From the NCBI RefSeq assembly GCF_018350175.1, contig NC_058368.1, positions 100,256,001 to 100,320,000 on the forward strand: a stretch of 64,000 nucleotides of DNA, given 5' to 3'. The notes beneath the pieces were generated by a model. The model made no database searches. It had not been told where the DNA came from and saw nothing but the letters and a program-made list of their open reading frames with translations. The position numbers were made by a program, and so were the translations under genes. This DNA is from Felis catus. Its lineage: Eukaryota. Of this stretch, positions 1 to 13,991 are shown piece after piece (the stretch's first letter is position 1; the number at the start of each line of letters is the position of its first letter).

Positions 1-16
1 TCAAAAAAGGCTGAGA

Positions 17-250
17 GGGGCGCCTGGGTGGCGCAGTCGGTTGAGCGTCCGACTTCAGCCAGGTCACGATCTCGCGCTCCGTGAGTTCGAGCCCCGCGTC
101 GGGCTCTGGGCTGATGGCTCAGAGCCTGGAGCCTGTTTCCGATTCTGTGTCTCCCTCTCTCTCTGCCCCTCCCCCGTTCATGCTCTGTCTCGCTCTGTCC
201 CAAAAATAAATAAACGTTGAAAAAAAAAAAATTAAAAAAAAAAAAAAAAA
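17..250 (+). mobile_element. Can-SINE, young feline type
   Basis: GGGGCGCCTGGGTGGCGCAGTCGG head, (CT) region, long A tail, TSD aaaaaaggctgaga (3-16 / 245-258), CpGs retained. Confidence 0.97.
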
Positions 251-770
251 GGCTGAGAGTCACAGGTACTTGCCAGAGGAAGTTGTCCATGTGTAAGGGA
301 ATGTGGGAGGGTACCCAATGTCTGTTGTAAACTCTCCAATGACACTTACAGCTTTAATTCTCAGGGATATTGGCATACTAGAGCCTGAGTTTAGCAAAAA
401 GATGATTCAGACATGATTTATTTTTGTAGTCTCCTAGCATGGAGAATAACCAGGAGATAATTAATAATTATTAGATGAGAAAACACATTTTATAAGAAAA
501 GCCAGTTTGTAGAACTCTAGTTAGTTCTTCTTTATTTCCTATCATCCTCCCAAACCCACATCTTCACACACACCCCACTCACTCAGATGGTATGGTTTAT
601 TCCCTTAAGTGCCACAAAAGTTCAATTTACCTGACTGGTTGAAATTAGAAAACGAAAAACCAAAAAAAAAAAAAAAATGTGATTGTCTAGCTAATTTGAA
701 TGTACTATAATTTTAACATATAATTTCTACACCTAAACTTTATCTAACAGATATTTTATATTACTTGTAG

Positions 771-1103
<333 letters not shown>

Positions 1104-1338
1104 TAGGAAAAATGGTTCTAGAATGCCTGACCAAGGTGCCTTCAGATGCTGAGACATAAAGACGCTACTTCTGGCAAAACCATGCAAGGAGAGGGACCCC
1201 CTGGAATTTCTTGTATTTCCCGGAAGTTACTTTCCTATATTATCAAACATGATACTTAAAAAACATGAAGCCTCAAAAATCTTTCAGGGCATCTGGAGAC
1301 ATGTTTTCAAATAGGAATGTGTCTTCGCGTTCACAGAG

Positions 1339-1860
1339 CAGGGTACCAAACTCAAAGTGTGCAGGGTCCACTAGCCGGGGTGTAAAACTGAGTAAATTGA
1401 TCCATGTGTGACACGAGGGAAGCTGAGGGCCATGGGGAGCTGGAGAATTATGGACTCTCTCCAAAGGAGGCAGCTGGAAATTTAGCCTAGTGTGGGCATA
1501 GTTTTCAACAATACAAAAGAAACTGGAAATCTAGAAATCTGTATGCTTTGTTTTTTTTTTTAATGTTTATTTATCTTTGAGGGAGAGACAGACACACAGA
1601 GTGTGAGTAGGGGAGGGGCAGAGAAAGAGAGGGAGACACAGAATCTGAAGCAGGTTCCAGGCTCTGAGCTGTCAACACAGAGCCCAACGTGGGACTTGAG
1701 CTCACAAACTGCGAGATCATGACCTGAGCTGAAGTCGGATGCTTAACCGACTGAGCCACCCAGGCACCCCCAGGCCCAGAGCTTTCAAATTTTGCAACTA
1801 ATACATTGTAAAGCATTGCACAAGCCAGATGAAGCTCCATAAACTGCCATGTGTGGCCTC
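1339..1860 (+). mobile_element. Probable MER102-like hAT DNA transposon relic interrupted by a SINE
   Basis: cagggtaccaaactcaaa...aaaggaggcagc...gaaatctagaaat...ttttgcaactaat resembles the recalled MER102 consensus; highly diverged. Confidence 0.45.
1551..1770 (-). mobile_element. Can-SINE (intronic, antisense)
   Basis: Poly-T, GA-rich region, ends ...gagccacccaggcacccc. Confidence 0.96.
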
Positions 1861-2142
1861 CCCACAGAGCCTTATGCTTACTCATTTGGGGTGAGAACAA
1901 AGTCATCCAGAGACTGTTTGCCATGCAAACTCCGACTTCTTCCTCTTATTTCTCCCATTGTCATTTTCTCAGCGGATCCCCTCATTCCCCTCAAGGGAAA
2001 ACCATTCTTGGTTTTAAGAAAAGTTATCATTCAACCCACCAATCCCTCATGTGTAACTGTAGACTGGCGTAGCCGTAGGGTACCCCAGAAGTCATTACCA
2101 TTGATTAGTCCAAAGCCCTCTTGTTAGAAATGTAACCCAAGA

Positions 2143-2314
2143 GGAGCGCCTGGGTGGCACAGTTGGTTGAGCATCTGACTTGGCTCAGGTCATGATTTCA
2201 CAGTTCGTGAGTTTGTGCCCCATGTTGGGCTCTGTGCTGACAGCTCAGAGCTCAGAGCCTGGAGCCTGCTTCGGATTCTGTGTCTCCTCTCTCTCTGCCC
2301 CTCCCTCACTCATG

Positions 2315-2348
<34 letters not shown>

Positions 2349-2368
2349 TAAATAAACATTTAAAAAAA
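2143..2368 (+). mobile_element. Can-SINE (intronic, sense)
   Basis: TSD aaatgtaacccaaga (2128-2142 / 2369-2383); (CT)n; internal ctcagag duplication. Confidence 0.96.
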
Positions 2369-3878
2369 AAATGTAACCCAAGAACCCACAGAGTGGAATC
2401 TAGGTTGTCATGATAAAATTCTAGAGGCTACAAGAACCCTTCTATTCACAGCCCTTACCAAGGGGAGGACTCTTCACACAGGTGGGAAAAGAGCTCAAGA
2501 TGAACACATCCATCCATTGAAATTAGAACATTTGCCCACAAGGATGTTGTTTATCTCATTGGAACTCTCTTCCCAGCAGTTCTCTGTGTTTTCAAAAAAT
2601 CTGTTTTCTTCACTTCTGACCATATCCGTTTTTCTGCTTGAGCATAATTATCACAAGTCTAGAAGATCAGAGAGTAATGACTGGCTTGAAGGCCCTCGGG
2701 GATTCATTAATCAGTTACTGCCCACAGATGGAAAAGGTAGGCCCCGTAACTGCCCTTCTCTGCAACTTTCCTCTTGGTCCCGTGCTGTTTCTATTTCTGA
2801 AGGCATCCTGCCTCAGGAGGCAGAGAGAGAATCCCCATTCTTGTTTCCATCCCACAGACTTACTGTGGTCATGAAGTCCAAATAACCCTTCCTCCAGATC
2901 CAAAGCCAAAGTCATACTCAAAAACTTTTAGCAACATGATGAGTCATCTCCAGTGAGACTCCGTGAAGACTCTGGAATTTTTGAATCCATAGGAAAAGTC
3001 ATGAGTAAGGAGAAAGTCAGTGCCATTTTATTTTTCAACAGTCTTCAAAGCTCTCAAAGTTCATATCCTGCGTAGAAAGTGGTACTTGGTTTGTCTAAAG
3101 GAGAAATACTAGGCTGTGCTGGGGTTCAATTTTTCGTGGAGTAAAATAAGGAACATTCAAAGTAGCAGGAGAGAATCTGAAGTTTACTATGGTTGTGTGA
3201 ACCATTAGGAAGAAGTCATAGGAAAATTGCCTGGGCTTTAGTGAAGAAATATATTCTGTTAAAATGATTTTTTGTTAAGTATGTAATTTATGTTTGAGTG
3301 CCTGGCTACATTTGGGGGGGGGTGCTATTTGGGGCAATTCTAAGACACAGTCAATTTAATGTACTAAAGTCATTCTATTTAAATAAGGTTTATCAAAGCT
3401 AACTCCCACACTGTTTCTCTAAAATAAAGCCATATGCCTTTTTTCCTGTGCTCTGCCAATGAAGATTATACATCTCTCAGACGTCTTGATTGTTCTCTTA
3501 AGGACGCTTCTTTTCATCAGGTTAACTATTCTGTTTGCATTCTTTGGTTTAATTATTTAAAGAATCTCCACATTTATGACCATGAAGAGATGATACATTT
3601 TTAGGATATCATTCATCCTAAATTCACCCTAACTGTCAGTGTTGGCCTTTAAAAACATTCCACTGAAGGATTACAGAAGAGGAAAGTACAAATACATGTT
3701 CTTTCCCCTTTGTAAGCTTCTATTTAGAGTCAGTTGAAAGAAGGCCAAAAGTTATATTTGCAAGATAATCATGTGTAAGCAAAGATGTTAATAATTAGTG
3801 AAGAATGCATATCATAATACATAAAACAACTCCTTCCCCTTTTTAAAATCCAAGGAGCGAAAAGTCTCTGGTTCATAG

Positions 3879-4244
<366 letters not shown>

Positions 4245-5649
4245 AGCCCTTTCTCCCAGCAACAGTGTTACAGGACTTAGATCCTTTCGAGAGAGATGGG
4301 GGTACGGAGGGAAGGAGAAAAAGGAGGCGAGGAGAAGAAACAAGAAAAACTGAAATTGTCACGAGGCTGTCTACGGGAAGCCAGCTGGGTGCTTGGGTGG
4401 CACGAACGTGACCGTGATGTGGTGGGCAGGCGCTCTGCTTTCAGCAAGCAGCTGCGTGCATGTGCACAGACACACGGGGGGCTGTGTCACGGGGGGCTGT
4501 CAAGCAGAATTACAGTGGGCCGCCCCTCATTGGGGCTGGCTTTTTTGTCTCGAGAAAATTTCAGAGCCAACTGTTGGTGTTTTTCCACCATTCTCTCCCC
4601 GCACCCACCCAGCAAGATTTTGAGCTTCACAGTTAGGTCTCTTGTTATTCTGGGAACAGAGGTTTCAGGTGGTCATTTCAGGCAACTCCTTAAGTCTCAA
4701 GAAAAACTGGATTCCTTCCCATCCCTGTGCTTTCTGAAATAATGTACCATTCCTTGTTTCCTCCGATCCGGGGAAAAGTTTTTAATTGAGCTAGTGATTG
4801 GGAATCTTTTCTCTGTAAAATCATTGCATGACAAAGACGTTCAAAAAAGAGCTAAGGAGTTCAAGTACTAGAACGATGTCTAACTCATACTCCCTTGCTA
4901 AGAGCAGGAAATGCTACAGAGAAATTTCAGAACCGGTTCCAGCTTCATATGTCACAAGATTGCTACAGCGCCATTCATCAAATGGGTGGAGGTTAGCTCC
5001 TTCCTTCTATAGGCGAAGTCTAGAGAGTTCTCTCTGCCCTCACAGGGGCTTATAGGTGTTTTATTGTTGAGGTCTACAATCTTGCCAGGAAGTTCTGCAC
5101 CACCCCACCCACTACCCCTGCAATGGGTTGTGAAACTGCCCTGTATTTTAGGCTTTGAATGTGTATTCATAGGGACAAGGCTCTCCTGGGAGGAGGCCAG
5201 GGTCAGGGAGGTGCTCTGCCCAGGAAATTCTGCTCCCACTCTGGGCAGTTTTGCTTGAGATCTTTGTTCCTTTTATGGCTGAAGTTCAGAGCCATTCTGG
5301 ATCCCCTGGGTTCCTGCAAACCTTGCATTCACGACCTAACCCAGCACGTTAGCTCCACATTCTACAAGCAAATTTATTTGACCTAATGTTTTAGTCACAC
5401 ATCTCCATATTATAAGTGGTTAGGTTAAGATAATTGCCCTAATTGTTCTTTTTTTTTTTTTTTCCTGCCTGTTCTAAAGGAAGAAGAGGTTAACTTTTCA
5501 AATAGTCTTTAGATAACCTCAGAGAAGATTACCATCTTGAGAAAGACAGCATTTAATGACCCGTTGATGGTTTAGTTCTTTTATTTTGCGGGCAAAAATG
5601 ACATCTAGTAATGGAGTTAGTATAGCGTGAGTCAGACTCTGTGCCTCGT

Positions 5650-5830
5650 GCTTCCCATACTCAGTGTGTATAAATCTCACATCAACCCTACAAGGAGACG
5701 TTATCTATATTTTACATCCGAGGAAACTGGTATTTAAATAGGTCAATAGCTAACTAGAGGTCACACTGGGCTGGAGTCGAGTGAAGCAAACTCGCGACCG
5801 TTGGAATTCCAAACTCATACTCTTTGCCAG
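5650..5830 (-). mobile_element. MIR fragment
   Basis: ctcacatcaaccctacaagg...attttacatccgaggaaactgg...aggtcacac resembles the reverse MIR core. Confidence 0.65.
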
Positions 5831-6225
5831 TGCTATTTGTGTGATGGATGTCATCACAAACACAATGAACTGTACTAACCAACGATCTGCCAGGTGTGAT
5901 TTTTTTTTTGAATCCAGTGTTTAGCACCTAAGGCAACTGGGAATCTCAGCATGCTTGTAGTTTGCCTGCTGGAATTTTTGGTCAACTGTAGAGGTGAAAA
6001 CAGAAGTCGGAACTGCCCTCGCTGTCTTGCAGAGGCCACTGTGCCTTCTGCTAATGGTGGAAGCAGTCAAATGGGGGAAATAAAGCAGAAGTGCTGGTCT
6101 CAACTTTGAAAGCAGTTGCCTAAAAAAGACATCCTTATACACATTTCTTTCAAAGCATGACCAAAAAAAAAAAAAAAATCAAAATAAACGACTCTCTGAA
6201 GGAATTATTGGGTCTGTGAGTTCTT

Positions 6226-6437
6226 TTTTTTTTTTTTTTAATGTTTATTTATGTTCGAGTGAGAGAGAGAGAGAAAGAGTAAGTCGGAGAGGGGCAGAGA
6301 GAGAAAGGGACAGAAGATCCAAAGCAGGCTCTGCACTGACAGCAGCAAGTCCGATGTGGGGCTCGAACCCAAGAGCCATGAGAGCTTGGCCTGAGCCAAA
6401 GTCGGATGCTTAACCAACTGAGCCACCCAGGTGCCCC
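6226..6437 (-). mobile_element. Can-SINE
   Basis: TSD ggtctgtgagttctt (6211-6225 / 6439-6453); typical body. Confidence 0.96.
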
Positions 6438-8169
6438 AGGTCTGTGAGTTCTTGAAGTGGGAAACATTTCTGCCTCCAGCTCTGCCGCAGCTGGCCTGCA
6501 AGTGGTCCGTGGAATTAAATCCACAGCAAGGTCAGGAGATGACATCAGTCCAAGAGTTCCTGTCTGTTAGCAAGGCAGGCAGTCAAGATCTCCCCATTGC
6601 TAGGAAAGAGCTCACCTGTTCTGCCACCTGCCCTCCTCCCAATGAATTCATCTCTGTGCAGATATTCCTACTGTCCAAAGAAATCGGTAGGTGGCCCTTC
6701 CGTGAGTTGTGAACTTGAACCTTGCCGTGGTCCCCATAGATACTCTCCTAGAGGATGACGAGCAGATACGAGATGAAGTTACTCGGAGCTCTTACGCTTA
6801 CACTTATGCTTACGCCCACAGGCAGGTCCTGGTGTGGGGTCCGATAGTGTTACAGGCATCGGCAACAATACACTTCCCCCCCTGCTCTGTTAACTGCTGC
6901 AGACTTTCATGTGATTTCCCTTTAGTTGACGTTGCTGGAAGACTGCCAGGATGTCTTGATGCTCATTTGCACATTCAATTCACATCACAGTTGCAGGGTA
7001 TGTCCTATCAGCAGGGGATCCTGGGGACCGAACAAGCATGTCCTAGTAGGGGTGTGGAGAAGAAGAGTCTCCTCCTGTGAGTAAGCATGGAAATCTGTGA
7101 AGAGCTCCTTTGCAGAGACTCTTCAGGCAGCCCCATCATAATGGTTTCTGACAGACAAGTATTTCCAACTGGGGTCTCAGGGATGGCTCCCAGATGACGC
7201 TGCTTCAGCCTGAGGAATACTGGCCCAGGTCCCTTCACGGAAAAAAGAAGCTGCTATTGACAAGCAGAATCATTTGTGGAGCAGGGAGGCGATAGAGAGC
7301 AGATAGCCAATATCTTCTACTTCCTGAACACCAGAAAACAGCCCTCGGTTTTTCTGTCCTTGTCCACTTTTGACATTAGTAGCATTTCGTCTCAATACCC
7401 CCCACCTAAACCAGTCCTCGTGGCTTTAAGCCCACATCCGGTCAAGGCTGGAGGTTCAAGTTCAGCTCCTTCCGTTCCCCCACTCCTGAAGGATCTTTTC
7501 TCCCCTGTGGGGACGGTCCCCCTTCCTTTATCATTTGTGACTTGCCCAGTGACCCAGCATGCGGCCCACGTGAAATCCCGTGTCTGTTCTGCTGATGCTC
7601 CCCACTCTCTGTGAGCACTGTGGTCGGAGACGAGAAATGACATGTTCCGGCACTTGGAAGAAACAGACTCCTCAGAGAAGCAGTGACACTTCCAGAGAGG
7701 GCCAGACTGGGGGGTGTAGAGAGAACATACACCAGGATAAACCCTTCACATAGGACGCGGCACCGCTGTGATTTCTTCTGCTTGAATTTTGTCATCAAAA
7801 GACTTAAATACAACTCATAAAAAAGTATGATGAAGTCCCATGTTCTCAACACCCATGTAAACCTTTCTTGTTGAGATCCTGGGGTTGAACTTGAGCGGTT
7901 TAAATGTCAGCTACTAGTCCGTGAGGTAAACGAGGAAGATGAACAGGCAGAGAGAGTTGTTGAGAGCCTGGGATACGAGGGTCCACCTGAAAATGCCTTT
8001 CAATTCTGCTTATGGAAACATGAGATGAAGCCAGCAGTGGGTATAATCTAACTTCAAATGTGATTTGGAAAAAAGTGAAACCTGACCTAGACATCCTGGG
8101 GCCAGGTCCTGTCACTGATGCACATTGGTCACCTATAGGTCAAGGGTTTTCAGATAATTCTAAGTTGAG

Positions 8170-8969
8170 AGTATGTTATACAAAATAACAGCCCCCCCCC
8201 AAAATGTTGATGCCCAGCCCCAAAACATCTGAATTTGTCACCTTACGTGGTAAGAGAGACCTTGCAGATGTGATTAAGACCTCGGAGTGGGGAGATGACT
8301 TCACATTATCTGGATGGGCCCAATCTAATTGCACGACTCTTTAAAAGTGGAACGAGAAAGGGGCACCCGGGTGGCTCAGTCGGTGAAGTGTCTGACTTCG
8401 GCTCAGGTCATGATCTCACGGTTCATGGGTTCGAGCCCCGCGTCAGGCTCTGTGCTCACAGCTCAGACCCCGGAGTCTGCTTGGGATTCTGTCTCTCCCT
8501 CTTTCTCTGCCCCTGCCCCCCACTTGCACTCTGTCTCTCTCAAAAATAAATAAAACATTTTTAAAAATTAAAAAAAAAAAGAAGAAGGGAAAGAGGTGGG
8601 TCAGAGACATGGCAGCATGAGAAAGATTTGTCACCCCACTGCTGGCTCTAAGATGCTGGCAGCTGTGTGCAAGGACTGGAGAGAAGCCTACAGGAGCTAA
8701 GTGTGGCCCCAGCTGACAGCCAGCCAGGAAACGGGAACCTCAGTCCCATAACGACCACTTGCTGGGGTCTGTCAACAACACAAATGAGCAAGGAAGCACC
8801 TTCTTCCCCGGAGCCTCCAGAAAGAAATGCTACCCTGCCAACAATTTGTTTTTATCTGCTGAATCCAAGCTCGAACTCCTGACCTGCGGAGCTGTAAGAA
8901 AATAAATGTGTACCGTGTAAGCCAGCAAGTGTACAGTCATTTTGGGGGCAGCAACAGAGAACTAATAGA
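8170..8969 (+). mobile_element. MaLR solo LTR (MLT1D/E-like) split by a Can-SINE
   Basis: gaatttgtcaccttacgtgg...ttgcagatgtgattaag...gctgacagccagccaggaaacgggaacctcagtcc...aataaatgtg...gcagcaacagagaactaata matches the MLT1 architecture. Confidence 0.85.
8360..8580 (+). mobile_element. Can-SINE nested in the MLT1 LTR
   Basis: Typical head, CT region and A tail. Confidence 0.96.
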
Positions 8970-9293
8970 AGAAGCATCTATGTGGCACAGGGAGGACCAG
9001 TAAAACTCCCCATCGATCGGAGCTAAAGTTCTCACATCCACGTGGGATGCCAGCTGCCACCTCCGTGGCTCGCGTTAGGACAGCACAACCGACATTTCAG
9101 TCGGGGTAGATTGCCCCAGGGGACTGGCTCCAAGATTTGCCACCCCTGAATCCGCAGTGATTTTGTAACACCTCACATTCCGGACTCAAATTTTCAATGT
9201 TCTGTTTAATCATTGTGAATTTTAATGTTCTGTTGTATTTTTAACTACAAAACTGATTGTCAAACGGACATACTTGTTTTAAAAATAATAGTA

Positions 9294-9506
9294 GGGGCGC
9301 TTGGGAAGCTCAGTCAGTTAAGCATTTAACTCTTGATTTCGGCTCAGGTCAGGATCTCAGGTTTCATGAATTTGAGCCCCACATCAGGCTCTGTGCTGTC
9401 AGCATGGAGCTTGCTTTGGATCCTCTGCCCCCCGCCCTCTCTGCTCCTCCCCTGCTTGCATTCTCTCTCCCTCTCTCAAAAATAAATAATGTTTTAAAAT
9501 TATGTA
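9294..9506 (+). mobile_element. Can-SINE
   Basis: TSD aaaaataatagta (9281-9293 / 9507-9519). Confidence 0.95.
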
Positions 9507-10088
9507 AAAAATAATAGTAAATGGACAGATGGGGTTGAATTATTTGGTCATCAACCTTTCGTGCCAATAACCCCAATGGTCCTGCCCTGCCCATCTATCT
9601 GTCCTTTCTGTGGGCCATAGAGAGAAAATCACCACATATTCTGAAATGGCAGTTACTGCTACAGGAATCTCTAAGGAAGGTACTGACTGAAAAATAGTCA
9701 AAACATCCAAACCCAGAAAGTGCAGGTAAGGTTTGAACAAATCCCAAAGCTCCGTTATGACTTTCCACCAGCTCTCATGAGGGGCCATCCGCAGATCTAA
9801 AAAGTAGGCTAGGCCATCCATCAAAATAACTCACTTCAAATGTAGGGAAAGGGTGGGAAAATGATCTGAGGACTGGTATTCAGCCAATTTGTCAAGCAAG
9901 AAATTTGCCTTTAATGACTTCACCTCCCTTCTTTGAACCTTCTGATTCTCTGTCAAGGATTCTCAAGGATCTTATGGTCACACACCTCACCCACTGCTGC
10001 CCAGGATTCTGTTTCAGTTGGATCAAAAACTCAAGTTCTCCATGCTCTAGATATCCCTCTACCTCTCCTTCAAAAATATGCTCTTCGA

Positions 10089-10222
10089 GGGGCACCTGAA
10101 TGGCTCAGCGGGTTAAGTGTTTGACTTTGGCTCAGGCCATGATCTCACTCATGGTTTGTAGGTTTGAGCCCCCATTGGGCTCTGTGCTGTTCGGATTCTC
10201 TGTTCCCCATTCTCTCTTCCTG

Positions 10223-10259
<37 letters not shown>

Positions 10260-10275
10260 AATAAACATTAAAAGA
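10089..10275 (+). mobile_element. Can-SINE with internal deletion
   Basis: Head, (CT)n and A tail; the gagcctggagcctg segment is missing. Confidence 0.93.
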
Positions 10276-11379
10276 AATCTTCTCTTTGACTTTTTTACTG
10301 CCTGTATCCCTTTCTCAACTTTTCACTAGATTTTTCAGCAGAAATAAATTTGAGAAAGTCATCTACACTAAGGGGATCCTCAAAGAGAATGGTTTTGTGT
10401 GCTATTTCTTCCAGGTGATATAGTTGGGGTTTTTTGTGTTTTTTTTTTAATTCTAGTGTAATTAATTAACATCAGGTGCTGTAATTATTCTACAAGAAGC
10501 TTCCTGGAAATATTAGGCCTTTATCCAAAGTAATAAAATATGTGTGGTGGGATTTCAAACAGAATGTCGAGATAGATGGAAGTGAAGAAGGCATGTGGCA
10601 GGGGTGGGAGGGTCTCTCCTTGACCATAAGTGTCTCTCATCACACCTCACAGACCTCTGCCAACTCCACGTCTGAATAAGGACATCTCTGACAGGCATCC
10701 ATTTCTAGCTCCTGTTAAGTGTAGACTAACTGATGTAATAGACCGAAAACATGGTGGCTGAAATAACACAGAAATTTCTTTCCTGCTTTGAATGGAGCAC
10801 TGGTCAAGCGTATGATTTAGTGAAGTGTCTCTTCTTCATGAAATCACTCAGGGCCCCAGGATGATGAAGTCTCTCTAGTTTTCACCATGTTGCCCTGGGA
10901 TAGCCACTCCCTTCAGCCCAGCCCCAAGGAGAAAATGGTGTGGAGTTGGCTCTTTGCCAGTTTTGCATGATCAGACCCAGAAGAACCACTCATCCCTCCA
11001 CTTATATCCTTTGGCCAAACCTGTACCCAAGTGTGAGGGAGGTTGGGCATTGTTCTCCCTGTGGCCTGCCGGAAGAAATGGTAGCAGAGATTTAGGGGAA
11101 CGAGCCACGGCCATGCTGCTCTAACATGAATTTACTTCTGCCTTGTTATTAGGGACCACTTTTCTTTTTGTGGAAATTGATATATGGGCACAAACCCAGG
11201 AAACCAAGGCATTGTTCTTGCCATTGAGGCAGATAAGTCTGGCAAATGAGGACCAAACAAGGCGAAACTTAAAAAAAATAATTTGAGCCACATTCACATA
11301 TCAGGAATAGTAGCAGCATCATTTAATATTGGAAGGAAAGAGCCTTCTTGTTTATTGTTTGAGGAAACACTTTAAAGAG

Positions 11380-11597
11380 CTTTTATTTTATTTTTTATTT
11401 TTAAGAGAGACAGACAGCACTCAAGCAGGGGAGATGGACAGAGTGATAGAGAGGGGAAGAGAGAGAATCTTAAGCAGGCTCCATGCTCAGCATGGATGTG
11501 ACGCTCAATCCCATGACCCTGGGATCATGACCTGAGCTGAAATCAAGAGTTGAAATCAACAGTTAGATGCTCTATCAACTGAGCCACCGAGGCACCC
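11380..11597 (-). mobile_element. Can-SINE (older type)
   Basis: gatcatgacctgagctgaaatcaagagt...gagccaccgaggcaccc. Confidence 0.93.
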
Positions 11598-13033
11598 AAA
11601 GGGGCATTTTTAATACCCAAAGCTTAGTCCCAGCCTTAGTCTTATAAGGGTCGTTGCCACAAAGAAGAGAGAAACCATTCTGAAAAGGAATATGAATGGC
11701 TACCTTTGTAGTGGCCAGAGCTCCAACTTTGGGCAATTATTTTTGTATTGTACTTCATGCTCTTGGGTTAGAGCTTGGCAAAAATGAAATTGAAGTTTTG
11801 GTCTCAGAACTGGGTCCAAGGACACCCCCATCTATATGAGGAGGGACTGAAACCATAGCAATGTGTCCCCAAAAAAGATGGAGGTGGGAGACAATGGGTA
11901 GGGGACTCCCCACATTGGGATAAGGCTGGTGGATGCGGGAGCCGTGATCAGTGCTACCAAGTTCTAAAGGTTCACTGCACGCATTCCAACTCTTATTCTG
12001 TATCTCTGCCTTCTTGTTGGCTGTGCTGCAGTGTGTGGATGGAGCTGTAAAATAAGAGGGGAACCAATGTCTACACAGGGACAAACAGAGCAAGGAAGGG
12101 CTTGACCCTGCACAAAGCATGCAAACCACTAGCTAAGAGCCACCAACAGGCAAGCAACAGCCAAAGCAGGTGTGTACTCCCCAGTAATCCCCAGAACCAT
12201 CTGTCGTGGGGACTGGGATTCCTGACATCATCTAATGAGGACTGAGATCTTGGTCATTTTGGCTAGCAAAGGGGTGTGAAGCCCTGAAAGGCCACAGAAC
12301 ATGGGTAGGTGATTAAACATGTTCCCAAGAAACATCAGTGAACAACGTCTGGCGCGTAATTGTGCCAAATGGTGGTGTGCAGGCTCTTACTCCTGCAGCC
12401 AGACCAGACAGGAGAGCTGACATGATTAGGAAGACCTCACGGCAAAGAGAGGTTGGAGCGGGCTCTGAAAGGATGAACAGGTAGAAGCAACAGGGACTCC
12501 TGAAGGACACTCCAGGAAAGAAACCCACAGCAATTGTGGTCTGCTCCAAGAATTGCAGAATCGGTTGTGTTTTGTTTGCCTTCAAATTGGCTTCTTTTTC
12601 CTTGTTACTCCCTGGGGTTTGTCCCCAGGATTTCCTCATAACTTGATAAGGCATGCTACTTCGCCTGCATCTGGGGCATTTTCTAGACCACCCAGCTTCC
12701 TAACCAGTGTGCCCATTATTGGCATACTAGCACACTAATCCCTTTGTCCCTCCAGGCTGTCTGCCCGGTGGTGGTCACCTCTGGCTGGAAGCAGCCTCGC
12801 TGATTATCACTGGTGTCCGGTACCAGAACCAGCATTTCCTAGATATGCTGTAAAGTGAGGCATGTTGGGGAGCTCTACAGCCTATATGTTGGTAAGTGAC
12901 ATTGACCATGACCAACGCAGAGCCTTTAAACTGTGGAATAACTAGAAAAGACGTTCTCAAAGTTCACATTTTATTTACTTGCTCTGGCTAAAGTTGCTCT
13001 CTCTCTTCTTCTTGTAAACACGCTTCCTTTCCT

Positions 13034-13250
13034 GGGGTGGCTGGGTGGTTCAGTCGGTTAAGCGTCCGACTTCAGCTCAGATCATAATCTCATGGTTCAT
13101 GAGTTTGAGCCCCGCGTCAGGCTCTGTGCTGACAGCTCACAGCCTGGAGCCTGCTTCAGATTCTGTGTCTTCCTCTCTCTCTGCCCTCCCCTGCTCAGTC
13201 TCTCTGTCTTTCTCAAAAATGAATAAACGTTAAAAATTAAAAAAAAATTT
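13034..13250 (+). mobile_element. Can-SINE
   Basis: Typical head, body and tail. Confidence 0.96.
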
Positions 13251-13769
13251 TTTTTCAGATGGTTCCTTCCCAACTTCTATCACCAATGTGGAATTTTCTA
13301 GAGAGATGATGAACCCAGAGTCAGAAGGTGGTGGAGGGAACTCCATATACCTTTTAGCAATGAGGGATAGAAGGAAAATGCCTACTGCCATCATGGAAGG
13401 CTCCTAGGGTTTCAAGAACAGGTCTGTTGTGTGTGAAGGTTTCGGAGACAATGATTTGCACAGCAAGTCAAAAGAATGGGTGAAGCAGGATTCAGTGTGA
13501 GGGTAGAGAGGGACCACAACAATGGTGGCTTCGTTCTTCCAAGCCCTCAGCTTGCGGTAGGTGCTAAAGCAAGTCGGATGGGTTGTATGCCTATTTTTCT
13601 TGCCTGTTTTTCTCCAGGAGGACAATGGACAAGATGCAGGAGGAGACATGGGGGTGAATGAACATCAAAGTTATGGGGGTTATAGATGTACTTTTCCCAT
13701 TTTGTTCCCACATTTGTCTTGTGTTGCTTGTCATTCCCTTGCTTTATCACTGCCTCTAGTCCCATTTCT

Positions 13770-13991
13770 TATTTTTTTAATGTTTATTTATTTATTTATT
13801 TTGAGAGACAGAGAGAGAGAGGGAGAGAATGAGTGGGGGAGGGGCAGAGAAAGAGAGAGAGAGAATCCCAAGCAGGCTCCACACAGTCAGCACAGAGCCC
13901 AATGCAAGCCTCGAACCGATGAATTGTGAGATCATGGCCTGGGCTGAAATCCAGAGTCCATGCTTAACCAACTGAGCCACCCAGGCGCCCC
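13770..13991 (-). mobile_element. Can-SINE
   Basis: Reverse complement of a full body ending ccaggcgcccc. Confidence 0.95.

Noticed and set aside
1571..1924. Recurring ORFs with GAWVAQSVK...SLEPASDSVSPSLS peptides throughout the window
   Set aside because: Translations of Can-SINE bodies, not a protein family.
4296..4742. 148-aa ORF downstream of the stop codon
   Set aside because: No recognisable domain; most likely 3' UTR sequence open by chance in GC-rich DNA.
6079..6084. AATAAA as the polyA signal of the zinc-finger gene
   Set aside because: Possible, but nothing in the sequence distinguishes it from other candidates; needs 3'-end data.
6791..6816. Short TTA(C/T)(G/A)C hexamer repeat giving YAYTYAYA
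   Set aside because: Only about four degenerate units; ordinary micro-repeat.
9054..9072. CTCF-like motif (reverse CCACGGAGGTGGCAG)
   Set aside because: The 5' half mismatches the core consensus; not supportable without a PWM score or ChIP.
10715..11110. Possible old MLT1-type LTR on the minus strand
   Set aside because: Some motifs fit (tggtggctgaaataacacagaaattt), but it is too diverged to call or bound confidently by eye.
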